Below are positions 33,312-43,627 of a stretch of DNA of 64,000 nucleotides, piece after piece. The translations under genes and the position numbers were made by a program. Source of the stretch: Vicinamibacteria bacterium (lineage in GTDB: Bacteria > Acidobacteriota > Vicinamibacteria > Marinacidobacterales > Marinacidobacteraceae); assembly GCA_965199715.1 (NCBI GenBank), contig OZ241322.1, forward strand, positions 544,001 to 608,000, given 5' to 3'. How positions within the stretch are numbered: position 1 is the first letter of the stretch; each line of letters opens with the position of its first letter. The notes below the pieces were generated by a model. The model did not search any database and was not told the origin of the DNA. It saw nothing but the letters and a program-made list of their open reading frames with translations.

Positions 33312-33522
33312 CGGTAGTGGCCTCCTTTTCGGGCTTGTCCGAAACCTTGGAAATCACCGGCGTTCTCGCCGACACGAGAACTATAGACGCGTAAGCACAT
33401 GATATCAACTCATCGCATATAGATGATCTTATGGCATTCGACGCATATACGGCCGATTGAACGGCCGCGCCTCGGTTTCTATACTCCGCGACCGTGGCGG
33501 GCCGCCCGCCGGGGAGGCTGCC

Positions 33523-34527
33523 TTGCGCATCGGCATCAACGGATTCGGACGGATCGGACGGAACATCTTCCGGGTCGCGCTGGACGATCCCGACATCGAG
33601 ATCGTCGCGGCGAACGACCTCACGAGCCCCGAAACGCTCGCCCACCTGCTGCAGCACGACTCGGTGTCCGGCCCGTTCGACGGGAAAGTCACGGCCGAGG
33701 GCGGCGAGCTGGTCATCCGGCGCGACTCCGGGGAGAGCCGGCTCAAGGTGCTGAGCGAGCGCGATCCGGCGAAGCTCCCGTGGGGCGAACTCGGGGTCGA
33801 GGTCGTGGTCGAATCCACAGGCATCTTCACGGAGCGCGAGGACGCCGGGAAGCACCTCGCGGCGGGCGCGCGCAAGGTGATCGTCTCCGCTCCGGCGAGG
33901 GGCGAGGACCTGACGGTCGTGATGGGGGTGAACGACGACCGCTACGACCCCAACTCCCACCACGTGATCTCGAACGCGTCGTGCACCACGAACTGCCTCG
34001 CGCCGGTCGTGAAGGTGCTGCACGAGCGGTTCGGGCTCAAGAAGGGGGTGATGACCACGGTCCACTCGTACACGAACGACCAGCGGCTTCTCGACCTGCC
34101 CCACTCGGACCTCCGCCGCGCGCGCGCCGCCGGGGTGAACATGATCCCGACCTCCACCGGCGCGGCGAAGGCGGTCACCAAGGTGCTTCCCGAACTCGAG
34201 GGCCGGCTCGACGGGATCGCGGTCCGGGTGCCGACGCCCAACGTGTCCCTGACCGACTTCACCGCGTTCCTCGACCAGCCGGCCTCGGCCGAGGACGTGA
34301 ACCGGGCCCTGGAGGAGGCCGCCGACGGCCCGCTCCGGGGCGTCCTGCAGGTCTCGCACGACCCGCTCGTCTCGGTGGACTTCCTCGGGAACCCGCACTC
34401 GTCCATCGTGGACGCGCCCTTCACGAAGGTCGTGGACGGCGACGCCGTGAAGATCCTCGCCTGGTACGACAACGAGTGGGGCTTCTCCTGCCGGGTCGTG
34501 GACCTGATCCGCAAGATCGCCGCCTGA
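33523..34527 (+). CDS. gap: Type I glyceraldehyde-3-phosphate dehydrogenase
   Basis: INGFGRIGR, NASCTTNC, WYDNEWG; TTG start after GGAGG. Confidence 0.97.
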   Translation: MRIGINGFGRIGRNIFRVALDDPDIEIVAANDLTSPETLAHLLQHDSVSGPFDGKVTAEGGELVIRRDSGESRLKVLSERDPAKLPWGELGVEVVVESTGIFTEREDAGKHLAAGARKVIVSAPARGEDLTVVMGVNDDRYDPNSHHVISNASCTTNCLAPVVKVLHERFGLKKGVMTTVHSYTNDQRLLDLPHSDLRRARAAGVNMIPTSTGAAKAVTKVLPELEGRLDGIAVRVPTPNVSLTDFTAFLDQPASAEDVNRALEEAADGPLRGVLQVSHDPLVSVDFLGNPHSSIVDAPFTKVVDGDAVKILAWYDNEWGFSCRVVDLIRKIAA

Positions 34528-34528
34528 C

Positions 34529-36709
34529 GTGCGCCTGCTCGCCGTCCTTCTCGTCGCGGCGGCCGCCAGCGCGCAGACCGAACCGCTGGAGCTGCGCCAC
34601 ATCTACGGCCCGGACGCGCTCGAGTTCTCTCCGGCCCTGCCGAGCGTCGAGTGGCTTCCGGGCGGAACCCATTACCTGACCGCCGACGGCGAGGGCGCCG
34701 AACGCCAGTGGCTCGTCGTCGAGGCGGCGACGGGCGACCGGCGGCCGCTCTACGACGCCGAGGCGCTCGCCGCAGCGATCGCGGAGACCCTCGCGATTCC
34801 CGCCGAGGAGGCGGCGCGCGAAGCCCGGCCGGCGAGCCTCGAAATGGCGCCGGGCGGCGAGTGGATCCTCCTGAATCTCGCGTCCGACGTCTTCGTCTGG
34901 GAGACCGGAGCGAACGAACTCGCGCGCCTCACCCGGGGGCCGGAAGCCGAGGAGCTGCCGCGCTTCTCGCCGGACGGGAAGCGGATCGCCTTCGTCCGCG
35001 GGAACGATCTGCACGTCGTCGATATGGAGGGCGGCGAGCTGCGGCTGACCACCGGCGGCGGCCCCGACCGGCTCCACGGCAAGCTGGACTGGGTGTACCA
35101 GGAGGAGATCTACGGGCGCGGCGACTTCCTTGCGCACTGGTGGAGCCCCGACGGCAGCCGGATCGCCTTCCTCGAGAGCGACGAGAGCGCCGTTCCCCGG
35201 TTCACGGTGGTCGATCACGTCCCGATCCATCAGGAACTGGAGGTCTATCCCTACCCCAAGGCCGGCGACCCGAACCCGACGGTCCGGATCGGCGTCGTGC
35301 CCGCGTCGGGCGGCTCGATTTCGTGGATGGAGCCCCGGGGCTACGGGAACGCCGAGACGCTGGTCGTGAACGTGGCCTTCGCGCCGGACGGACAGCTCTG
35401 GTTCCAGATCCAGGACCGGACCCAGACGGTGCTGGACCTCCACCGGGCCGATCCGCGCACCGGGGAGACGGTGCGCGTCCTGCGCGAGGACGCCGGCCCG
35501 TGGGTGAACGTTCACGGGCCGCCGCGCTTCCTGAGCGACGGGGGCTTCCTCTGGTTCAGCGAGCGGACCGGCTTCAAGCACCTGTACCGCTACGCCGCCG
35601 ACGGCTCCGAGGTCGGGCCGCTCACCGAGGGCCGGTACGAGGCGCGCCGGCTCCACGCCGTCGATGAGGAAGCGGGTGTCGCATACGTTTCCGGGACGTG
35701 GCGCTCGTCGCTCGAGGACGAGGTGCTGCGGATCGCGCTCGACGGCTCGGGAACCGCCCCGCTCGGAGGGGGCGGCGGAACCCACCAGGGGAACTTTCCC
35801 GAGGACGGTCCGGTGACCCACTGGGCCTCGGTGTTCCATGACCTCGAGAGCCCGCCCACGATGACGCTTCGCGACGCCGGCGGAGCGGTAGTGCGCGAGC
35901 TCGGCGGCGGAACGGTCCCGGCGCTCGCGCGGTTCGAGATCGTCCCGCCGGAGCTGCTCACGGTTCCGGCGCGGGACGGAGTCGAACTGGACGCGATGAT
36001 GATCCGGCCGCATGGGTTCGATCCCGACGCGGGCTATCCGGCGTGGGTGCACGTGTACGGAGGACCGCACGCGCCGCAGGTGCGCAACCACTGGCTCGGC
36101 GCCCGCGGGATGTGGTTCCAGCACCTCGCGCAGCAGGGCGTGGTCGTCTTCGTCGTGGACAACCGGATCGCCTCCGGCAAGGGCGTGGAATCGACGTGGC
36201 CGGTGTACGGCAACTTCGGCGAGCAGGAGCTCGCGGACCTGGTGGACGCGGTGGACTGGCTCGCCGGCCTCGACTACGTGGATGCAACGCGCATCGGCGT
36301 GGACGGCTGGAGCTTCGGCGGCTACATGACGCTGACGGCGCTCACCAAGTCGGACCGCTTCCGCGCCGGGATCGCCGGCGGCAGCGTCGTGGACTGGCGG
36401 GACTACGACTCGATCTACACCGAGCGGTACATGAGCACGCCCGACGAGAACCCGAGCGGCTACGCCAAATCTTCGGTCCGGGGGTCCGCCGCCGACCTGA
36501 CCGGCGACCTGCTCCTCATCCACGGCACGATGGACGACAACGTCCACATGCAGAACACGATCCAGTTCGCGTGGGACCTCCAGAAGGCCGGCAAGCCCTT
36601 CGAGCTGATGGTCTATCCGAAGTCGCGCCACGGCGTCCGCGACGAGGATCTCGTGCTGCACCTGCGGGAGACGATGGCGGCGTTCATCCTGAAGACGATC
36701 GCCCCGTAG
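34529..36709 (+). CDS. Dipeptidyl peptidase IV (S9B)
   Basis: DWVYQEE, YPKAG, GWSFGG, YTERYM, DDNVH. Confidence 0.93.
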   Translation: MRLLAVLLVAAAASAQTEPLELRHIYGPDALEFSPALPSVEWLPGGTHYLTADGEGAERQWLVVEAATGDRRPLYDAEALAAAIAETLAIPAEEAAREARPASLEMAPGGEWILLNLASDVFVWETGANELARLTRGPEAEELPRFSPDGKRIAFVRGNDLHVVDMEGGELRLTTGGGPDRLHGKLDWVYQEEIYGRGDFLAHWWSPDGSRIAFLESDESAVPRFTVVDHVPIHQELEVYPYPKAGDPNPTVRIGVVPASGGSISWMEPRGYGNAETLVVNVAFAPDGQLWFQIQDRTQTVLDLHRADPRTGETVRVLREDAGPWVNVHGPPRFLSDGGFLWFSERTGFKHLYRYAADGSEVGPLTEGRYEARRLHAVDEEAGVAYVSGTWRSSLEDEVLRIALDGSGTAPLGGGGGTHQGNFPEDGPVTHWASVFHDLESPPTMTLRDAGGAVVRELGGGTVPALARFEIVPPELLTVPARDGVELDAMMIRPHGFDPDAGYPAWVHVYGGPHAPQVRNHWLGARGMWFQHLAQQGVVVFVVDNRIASGKGVESTWPVYGNFGEQELADLVDAVDWLAGLDYVDATRIGVDGWSFGGYMTLTALTKSDRFRAGIAGGSVVDWRDYDSIYTERYMSTPDENPSGYAKSSVRGSAADLTGDLLLIHGTMDDNVHMQNTIQFAWDLQKAGKPFELMVYPKSRHGVRDEDLVLHLRETMAAFILKTIAP

Positions 36710-36749
36710 CCGGGCGAACCCGGCGCCCGGTCGGGACGTTCTACCGGGT

Positions 36750-37391
36750 ATGCGAGCTTCCCGAAGAGCGATCCTGCTGGCCGTCTCGCTGTCCGTGGTC
36801 GCGACCTCGGGCGCGGCGCTTCCCGACGTGGACGGGTGGCGGGACCATCTCGCCGCGGCGGCGCCCGAAGCGCCGGTCCGGGTGCGGCTCTTCGATCCCT
36901 ACCGGCTTCTTCCCGGCGAGACTCGGGCGTGGGTCGAGCGCGAAGTCAAGGCCGCGTTCGGTCGGAGCGGGGTCGAAGTGCGCTTCGTCCGGAACGCGGG
37001 CGGTCCGGTGGTCCCGGCCACGCTCTTCCCGGAAATCCCCGAGCGGTGGGGCGTGGACCCGGACGCCATCGGGGTCTCGATCGGCTCCCCCGGCGACCGG
37101 CGCTCGGTGTTCCTGTCGCTGCTCGCGGCGAAGCGGGCGATCGGAATCTCGAGCGGATCCGGCGACGGAGGGACGACCGCGCCGCGGGACCGCCGCCGGC
37201 TCGGAGTCGCCCTCGGCCGCGTGCTCGCCCACGAGATCACCCACACGATCGCGCCGGACTGCCCGCACACCGCGACCGGACTCATGGCGAAGCGGCTGAG
37301 CCGCCGCATGCTGACCGCGCCGGGCGTGGGCTTCGACGAGACGGCGACCCGGCACGTCCAGCGCGGCGCGCAGGCGTTCGGCGAATCGTAG
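36750..37391 (+). CDS. Secreted putative zinc metallopeptidase
   Basis: Signal peptide; LAHEITH...H-TATGLM (HExxH, third His, Met-turn-like). Confidence 0.6.
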   Translation: MRASRRAILLAVSLSVVATSGAALPDVDGWRDHLAAAAPEAPVRVRLFDPYRLLPGETRAWVEREVKAAFGRSGVEVRFVRNAGGPVVPATLFPEIPERWGVDPDAIGVSIGSPGDRRSVFLSLLAAKRAIGISSGSGDGGTTAPRDRRRLGVALGRVLAHEITHTIAPDCPHTATGLMAKRLSRRMLTAPGVGFDETATRHVQRGAQAFGES

Positions 37392-37401
37392 TTCGGCTGA
37401 C

Positions 37402-37530
37402 TCAGGCGGCTCGCGGGAGGAACGCGAACCGCGGCTCCTCGACTTGCTCCTCGGTCCACGGGTTCACGACACGCACGCCGGCTTCGATGAGCGCGGACGC
37501 GAAGTTCGTTTCGATTACGTGTGCGGCGAG
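37402..37530 (-). pseudogene. Collapsed PIN (FitB/VapC-like) toxin remnant
   Basis: VIETNFASAL (like PIN N-terminal vlDTNvvS) joined to AGVRVVNPW (PIN C-terminal motif). Confidence 0.6.
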
Positions 37531-37787
37531 TCAGCGGGAGTCGGGCGAATCGCCTCCCGACCGAGGCCGACCACCGCCGAGCATGCGCGCCGAGCCCCCG
37601 CGCCGTCCTCCTCGTCCTCTTCGCTCCAGATCTCGTGCATTCTGCGGATGTTCTCCGACGTGCCCAGCATGGCGTCCTCCACGAGGATGCGCGCCGCTTC
37701 CTCCGGAGTGCGGTCACGCTCCCTGGCGCACATGCGCAAAATCGCCATCGCCTCCCCGTCCATGTCGTCGATCGTGATGCTCGCCAT
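37515..37787 (-). CDS. FitA/Arc-like RHH antitoxin
   Basis: MASITIDDMD...LRMCARERDRTPEEAARIL; AAGGG RBS. Confidence 0.72.
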   Translation of the reverse strand: MASITIDDMDGEAMAILRMCARERDRTPEEAARILVEDAMLGTSENIRRMHEIWSEEDEEDGAGARRACSAVVGLGREAIRPTPADSPHT

Positions 37788-37833
37788 GGCCCTGCCCTTC
37801 TGGGGGCGCCGGCAGTCCAGGACGAAGAACGCG

Positions 37834-40410
37834 CTACTCGCCCATCAGCGCGTTGAAGAACAGCTTGAACGTGCCGTGGGTCTGCGCCCGGTGCTGGGCG
37901 CGGAAGCCGATCATGACGATCGTTCCCTCGCCGTGCTCCACCGAGACCATCGCCGCCTTGCTCGCGATGGCTTCCTCGCCGAGCAGCCAGCCGCTTTCGA
38001 GAAGGTCGCGGTCCGCGTAGGTCACGACCCGCCGCACGCCCGCGCTTCGCGCTCCGGGAACGGTCTCGTACACCTGCCCGCCGGCCAGATAGGCGACCAG
38101 CGCCTCGTCGGGCATGCCCTGGGCGTAGGGGCTTGACGCGTCCACCCTCGCCCGCAGCGTCGAGCCCGGCGCCCAGAAGTCGGCGCCCCACTTCCCGGCG
38201 ACGGCGTCGCGCACCGGAACGTCGAACTCGTCGAGGACGAGCTGGCCCGCCTGCGCGAAGGTCACGAGCGTGCCGCCGTTTCGCACGAACGCGTCGAGCG
38301 CCTCCACGCCGTCCGCGCCGAAGCCGCTGCGGTACTCGGGCGGAATCTCGTCGGGGTTCCACCGCGACTCGCCCGCCTTCGGCCCGAGCATCATCTCCTT
38401 GGAGTCCGCCGGCAGGACGATCACGTCCCAGCGCTCGTGGAGGTCGCCCGCGAGAATTTCCTCGTCGAAGAGGCTCGTGTATGCGAACTCGAAGTCCTCG
38501 AGCAGCCAGCGGGTCCAGCCCTCGTCCATGTTGCCGCCGTAGTAGCGCTGGTACATCCCGATCCGCTGGCGGGACAGCGGCCGGGATGCGGCCGACGGAT
38601 CGGCGTCCAGCGCCGTGAAGCTGACTCCGGTGGCTTCCGCCGCTTCGGCGAGCGTCGCCTCCGGAGTCCCCGCCGCCACGAGCAAGTCCCCCGGTTTCGC
38701 GCCGGCGATCTCCCCGGTCGCCCGGGCCAGCGAGACGCCGGCGGCGAACAGCATGTTGGCCGCGCGGAACGAGTCGTTCAGCGCGCCGTCGAACGCATGC
38801 CCGTGAGGGGCCTCGGAGGCGACCGATCCGGCGGGAACGGCTCGCTCGGCGACGACCTCGAGGTCCGCCTCCACGGGCTCCCGCGCCTCATGCACTCGAA
38901 CTCCCATGAACTCGGCGAGCACGTCCCCGGACATGTCGTAGGGGCGGATCGGCTCCCCGTCCCGGGAGCGCGTGTAGGTGTTGTCCGGATAAAGCGTGCG
39001 ACCGAGAAGCCACCGGATGACGCCGCGCTTGGGCTGCGCCGACGAGATCACCCACGTCCCCGGCCCGTAGACGCGTCCTTCGTGGGTGAACCCGCCGGCG
39101 GATCGCTCCACCGTGATCCCCTGGAGCAGCAGCTTGTCCACCATCTTGCCCATGGTGAGCGGATCGTGCTGATCGGCGGGCACGATGTACGCCTTCACCT
39201 CGTCGGCGGCTCCCCGCTCGATCTGGCGGCTCGACTTGTTCCACGCGTTCCGCAGCACGATCTCGCGGTTGCGGGCGGCGATCTCCAGCGGCGAGAACGT
39301 CGCCACGATCTGCCGGTCCACAATGTCCCGCACGCGCCACCAGCCGCCCGGCCACGGATTGGGGAACGTCGTCTGCGCCTCGTACTCGGGCAACTGTCGC
39401 GAACCCCGGAGCTGGTCCGGATGCACGTACAGCGGAGTCGCGAGCCGGGCGCTCGCCGACTCGGTGAGCATCCCGGCGATGTTGTGGAAGGGGGTGATCC
39501 AGTGGAAGCCGAAATGTCCCCAACCGGAGTAGATCGCCGCGTTCACCGTCCCCTCGAACCCCATCTCCTCCATCCGGTACGCCATGTGCGCACCGTACCA
39601 GGCCATTTCCCGCCACACGATGGGATCTCCGCCGGGGCGGATCGGCTCGGCGTAGGGCGGCAGGTAGATCCGGGCCGTGTACGCGCCCATCTGGTGGTGG
39701 TCGATGAACGCCTGCGGGATCCACTCCCGGAACATGATCCGCGCTCCGTACTGCGACTCCACGGTGTTCTGCATGAAGGCGTCGCGGTTGTTGTCGTGAC
39801 CGATGTAGTGGTGGTAGAGGCCGGGCGGGCCGGCGCCCTCGTACTGGGTGCCGACCCAGCGGTCGTACCACTCGTTCACGAGGTCCACGCCGTCCGGGTT
39901 GAACCCGGGGATCAGGATCGAAATCGTGTTGTCGAGGATTTCGTGGACGCCCGGATCGTCGCGGGTCGCGAAGAGCCACGCGATTTCCGCCGCCGACTGC
40001 GCCGCGGCGACCTCGGTGGAATGCAGCGCATAGGCCTGGACGAAAACGACCTTGCCCTCCGCGATCGCGCGCTCCACCTCGGCCTCGGAGTGACCGCGCG
40101 GGTCCTGCAGCACGGCGTTCATCCGCTGGAGCTCGTCGAGCCGGGCTAGGTTCTCCGGCGACGAGACGTAGAGCGCGAGGAAGGGCCGTCCCAGCGTCGA
40201 AGGCCCCATCTTCACGACTTCGACCCGGTCGCTGGCCTCGCCGATCAGCTCGTACCACTCCACCAGGCGGTCCCAGTGGGCGAGCTTGCGGTCCGCGCCG
40301 AGGCGGTGTCCGAAGAATTCCTCGGGATCGGGGATCTGGGCCGCCGCCGGGCGGAGGAAGCAGGCGGCGAGAAGGACGAGGAGAGTGGTTCGAATGCGCA
40401 CGACGGGCAA
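37834..40410 (-). CDS. M14 zinc carboxypeptidase-family protein
   Basis: LHSTE, NPDG, HDNNRD, DHHQMG; C-terminal MDEGWTRW and HRAQTHGTFK. Confidence 0.88.
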   Translation of the reverse strand: MPVVRIRTTLLVLLAACFLRPAAAQIPDPEEFFGHRLGADRKLAHWDRLVEWYELIGEASDRVEVVKMGPSTLGRPFLALYVSSPENLARLDELQRMNAVLQDPRGHSEAEVERAIAEGKVVFVQAYALHSTEVAAAQSAAEIAWLFATRDDPGVHEILDNTISILIPGFNPDGVDLVNEWYDRWVGTQYEGAGPPGLYHHYIGHDNNRDAFMQNTVESQYGARIMFREWIPQAFIDHHQMGAYTARIYLPPYAEPIRPGGDPIVWREMAWYGAHMAYRMEEMGFEGTVNAAIYSGWGHFGFHWITPFHNIAGMLTESASARLATPLYVHPDQLRGSRQLPEYEAQTTFPNPWPGGWWRVRDIVDRQIVATFSPLEIAARNREIVLRNAWNKSSRQIERGAADEVKAYIVPADQHDPLTMGKMVDKLLLQGITVERSAGGFTHEGRVYGPGTWVISSAQPKRGVIRWLLGRTLYPDNTYTRSRDGEPIRPYDMSGDVLAEFMGVRVHEAREPVEADLEVVAERAVPAGSVASEAPHGHAFDGALNDSFRAANMLFAAGVSLARATGEIAGAKPGDLLVAAGTPEATLAEAAEATGVSFTALDADPSAASRPLSRQRIGMYQRYYGGNMDEGWTRWLLEDFEFAYTSLFDEEILAGDLHERWDVIVLPADSKEMMLGPKAGESRWNPDEIPPEYRSGFGADGVEALDAFVRNGGTLVTFAQAGQLVLDEFDVPVRDAVAGKWGADFWAPGSTLRARVDASSPYAQGMPDEALVAYLAGGQVYETVPGARSAGVRRVVTYADRDLLESGWLLGEEAIASKAAMVSVEHGEGTIVMIGFRAQHRAQTHGTFKLFFNALMGE

Positions 40411-40422
40411 GAATAATCCCGA

Positions 40423-40935
40423 TCAGCGCAGGCCCTCCGCCGTCCCGGCCTCGATCTCCACGATCCGTCCGTAGAGCCAGAGCAGGTCGGAGATCCGGTT
40501 GACCCACGACAGCACCTCGGGGGCCGCCTCCCCGTAGCGGACGAGCTCCCGTTCCGCCCGCCGGCAGACGGTGCGCGCCAGATCGAACGCGGCTCCGCCG
40601 GCGTGCCGGCCCGGCAGCGCCCAGTCGAACGTGATCCGCTTGTCCTTCTCGAGCTCGCGCACCTCGGCGGTGACCGCGTCCAACTGCTCGGCGGTGATCC
40701 CGGACGGCGAGCCGGGCGGACCCCCGATCCCCGCCAGCACCCCGAACAACGCCCGCTGGAGCGACTCGGCGCGGTCGGCGATCGGACCCGGCCCGCTGAG
40801 AGCGCGGGCGAGGGCGATCGCCGAACCGAGCTCGTCGAGCGTCCCGAGAACCTCCACCGCCGGCGATCCCTTGGACTCGCGGCGGCGGCGGACCTGGGTC
40901 GTCCCGCCGTCGCCGCGGGTGGTCGAGATGCTCAT
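40423..40935 (-). CDS. pduO: Cob(I)alamin adenosyltransferase, PduO type
   Basis: TTRGDGGTT, GTLDEL, ARTVCRRAER, NRISDLL. Confidence 0.88.
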   Translation of the reverse strand: MSISTTRGDGGTTQVRRRRESKGSPAVEVLGTLDELGSAIALARALSGPGPIADRAESLQRALFGVLAGIGGPPGSPSGITAEQLDAVTAEVRELEKDKRITFDWALPGRHAGGAAFDLARTVCRRAERELVRYGEAAPEVLSWVNRISDLLWLYGRIVEIEAGTAEGLR

Positions 40936-43256
40936 CGGAAGCGGTATTGAACCCCGACCTCGAGAAGCCGGCCCAGCGGTCGGAAGCCGTTGCTCTCGAA
41001 CGCGCGGTCGTCGAAGAGGTCACGAACCTGCAGCCGCAGCCGGAGATCGTCGAGCGCATCCCAGCCGGCGACGAGATCCACGCGCCGCATCCCGGAGAAC
41101 TGGAACACCCGGCTCGAGAAATCGGTCGGATCGAAGAGCGGCCCGTACTTGTCGGAGCTCAGGTGCGCGTCCACCGCCCAGGCGAACCGCGCCGCCCGTC
41201 CGGAGAGGACGACGCTTCCCTCGTACTCCGGGAGCAACCATGCGCGGGGGAGTTCGTCGGGGGCGTTGTCGGGCGGGTCGGCGTCGGTCCAGGTGAACGA
41301 GCCCCGGACGCGGGTCGCGCCCGGAAGCGCGACGCGCGCGCTGGCCTCGATTCCCCGCGCCGCTCCCGCGCTCTCGTTCTCGTAGCCGGAGAAGCGTCCG
41401 AACGGGTCGGTCGCGGAGTCGATGGGCCCGAAGGCGATGACCTGCGGACGCTCGGAGCGGAACCAGGCCGCCTCGGCGGCGAACCCGCCGTCGAGGGAGG
41501 ACGCGGCGAAGCCCAGGTCCTGAACGGTCGTGAACTCGGGTTCGAGGCGCGGGTCGCCGTACACGGAGTAACCGAAGGACGAGTACCACGTCCCGAACCG
41601 CTCGTAGAGCGAGGGCGCCCGGAAGCCGCGAGCCCACGAACCCCGGAGCCGGAAGGAATCGGTGACCGCGAACGCTGCGGCTGCGTCGCCGCTCCAGCCG
41701 CGGCCGCCTTCGGGAGACGGAACGTCCGACCACGGGCCGCCGGCGGCGGGGCGGAGGTCCGGGGCGTCGGTCGCGAACCCCTGCATCCGAATCGCGCCCC
41801 GGATCCGGGCGCGGTCCGACAGGGCGAATTCTTCCTGGGCGAAGAACCCGATCGACGATTGCCGCGCCTCCACGCCCGCGAGCGGATTGGCCGTTTCCAT
41901 CCGTTCCACGTGCGCCTCGCCGCCGAGCGTGAGGTCATGCGCGCCGGCGGCGGCGATCCGCGCCGTCGCGCCCCGGACGCCGCCGTCCCAGGTCGAGGTC
42001 TGGAGCGAAGCCGGATCCCACGGGCTCGTCCCGAGCGGCCCGTCCTCGTTCTCGCGGACGGTCACGAGCTCCTGAAACCGCACGTCCCACGCCGCCCGGG
42101 CGCCCAGAGCGCCGGAGAGCGACGCCTGGGCGGCGAAGTAGCGGGTCCGCTGGGTGGCGTCCGGATCGACGAGATCCGGCACGAAGGTGGCTCCGCCGAA
42201 GTCAAGGTCGTCGTGCGGCGTTCCCGCCTCCAGCGCCTCGACCTGCGCGGGCGACGCAGCGTTCGCCGGGACGATTCCGGCGGGCGCGCCCGGAAGCGCG
42301 CCCGGGCTCTCGGCCAGGCCCAGACTCGCGGCCGAGCCGAGAATCCGGCCGGTGATCCGGACGCCGCCCGCTTCCAGCGACGCGCGGGCGAGGCCGCCGA
42401 GGTTCGCGTAGCGGTCGTCCCCGGTCGGGCCCTCGCGGAACCCGGTCCGGGTCAGTCCGCCCGAGACGTCGATCCCCTGCCCGTTCGTCGCGAGAAGGGC
42501 GCCGGCGCGGGACTTCCCGAGCCCTCCGAGTCCGGCGTCCAGCGTGACCCGGGGGCCGGTTTCGGCCGATCGGGTGACGATGTGGATCACGCCTCCCATG
42601 CCGTTCGTGCCGTAGAGCGAGGATCCGCCGCCGCGACGCAGCTCGACCCGATCGATCCCCAAGGTCGGGATCGCAGGCAGGATGCTGGCGGCGGAGGCCT
42701 GGGGCGCCGCCGTGTCGCGAAGCGGCGCTCCGTCCACGATCACCGCCGTGCCCGGACCGGGAAGGCCCCGCACCGACGCCGACATGACGCGGCCCGGCCC
42801 CCCGTTCTGCCGGAGGTGGAGCCCGGGAAGGCCGCGAAGCGCTTCGGCGAGCAGCCACTCGCCCCGCTCGTCCAGTTCCTCGGACGAGACGACGGACACG
42901 AGCGCGGCCGCGTCCGCCCTCGGCGCTCCGGCGGCCGAGACCACGACCTCCTCGCGCACGGCGCGGAACCGCAGCGTGAGTTCCTGCGCGGGACCGCCGG
43001 GCGCGACTTCCACCGGCGCGGACGTGAGGTCCCCGAGGCGGGCGCTCGCGAGGTAGCGGGACTCGGATAGCGCGTCGAACGAGACCGCGCCGTCGGGGTC
43101 GGCGGTCCGGCGCAGCGCATGCCCGCCGAGCATCGACTCGAGGCGCACCACGCTGCCGCCGACGGGCGCGCCGTCCTCGTCGAGGACGCGGAAGGTGAGC
43201 GATTCGCCGGCGAGCAGCGGGGGAATCGAGAGGATGAAGGAAAGAAGGAAGGCCAT
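40932..43256 (-). CDS. TonB-dependent receptor, probable cobalamin transporter (BtuB-like)
   Basis: EEVVVSA TonB-box region, SSLYGTNGMGGVI, GFRAPSLYE, LEPE; under a cobalamin riboswitch. Confidence 0.85.
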   Translation of the reverse strand: MAFLLSFILSIPPLLAGESLTFRVLDEDGAPVGGSVVRLESMLGGHALRRTADPDGAVSFDALSESRYLASARLGDLTSAPVEVAPGGPAQELTLRFRAVREEVVVSAAGAPRADAAALVSVVSSEELDERGEWLLAEALRGLPGLHLRQNGGPGRVMSASVRGLPGPGTAVIVDGAPLRDTAAPQASAASILPAIPTLGIDRVELRRGGGSSLYGTNGMGGVIHIVTRSAETGPRVTLDAGLGGLGKSRAGALLATNGQGIDVSGGLTRTGFREGPTGDDRYANLGGLARASLEAGGVRITGRILGSAASLGLAESPGALPGAPAGIVPANAASPAQVEALEAGTPHDDLDFGGATFVPDLVDPDATQRTRYFAAQASLSGALGARAAWDVRFQELVTVRENEDGPLGTSPWDPASLQTSTWDGGVRGATARIAAAGAHDLTLGGEAHVERMETANPLAGVEARQSSIGFFAQEEFALSDRARIRGAIRMQGFATDAPDLRPAAGGPWSDVPSPEGGRGWSGDAAAAFAVTDSFRLRGSWARGFRAPSLYERFGTWYSSFGYSVYGDPRLEPEFTTVQDLGFAASSLDGGFAAEAAWFRSERPQVIAFGPIDSATDPFGRFSGYENESAGAARGIEASARVALPGATRVRGSFTWTDADPPDNAPDELPRAWLLPEYEGSVVLSGRAARFAWAVDAHLSSDKYGPLFDPTDFSSRVFQFSGMRRVDLVAGWDALDDLRLRLQVRDLFDDRAFESNGFRPLGRLLEVGVQYRFR

Positions 43257-43386
43257 GACGAGTCCTCGCGGCGAAGCCGGGCGGACTCGTCCTTCCACGT
43301 TCGCGCGCACGAACCCCAAGGGAACCAAGGGGCAATGGCGGCGGAGCATGAAGGAGGGTTCTTCCCGACGAAGAAACTCCCGCAAT

Positions 43387-43595
43387 GGGCTTCGGGCAGG
43401 TCTCCTGACTTACGGATCGGACGCGGGGCATCCACCCGGCCCTCCCTTCCCGCCGGCCAAGGCCGGCAGTGGGCGCCGGACCGAAGTCCGGCGCGGGCTG
43501 GGCAATCCGATTCACAGTGGCGCGGGCCGTCCGGGATTCGCACCCGGTTCCCTCTTCGTCGGCGACCGCTGGCGGCCGCCGAAACCTGAAGCCGT
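43387..43595 (-). ncRNA. Cobalamin (AdoCbl) riboswitch
   Basis: AGGGAACCGGGTGCGAATCCCGG...GCCACTGTGA...CACTG...GGGAAGG...AGTCAGGAGACCTGCC (B12 box). Confidence 0.95.
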
Positions 43596-43627
43596 GTGTG
43601 GAAGGCGGGCCGAGTATAGCGGCGGCT

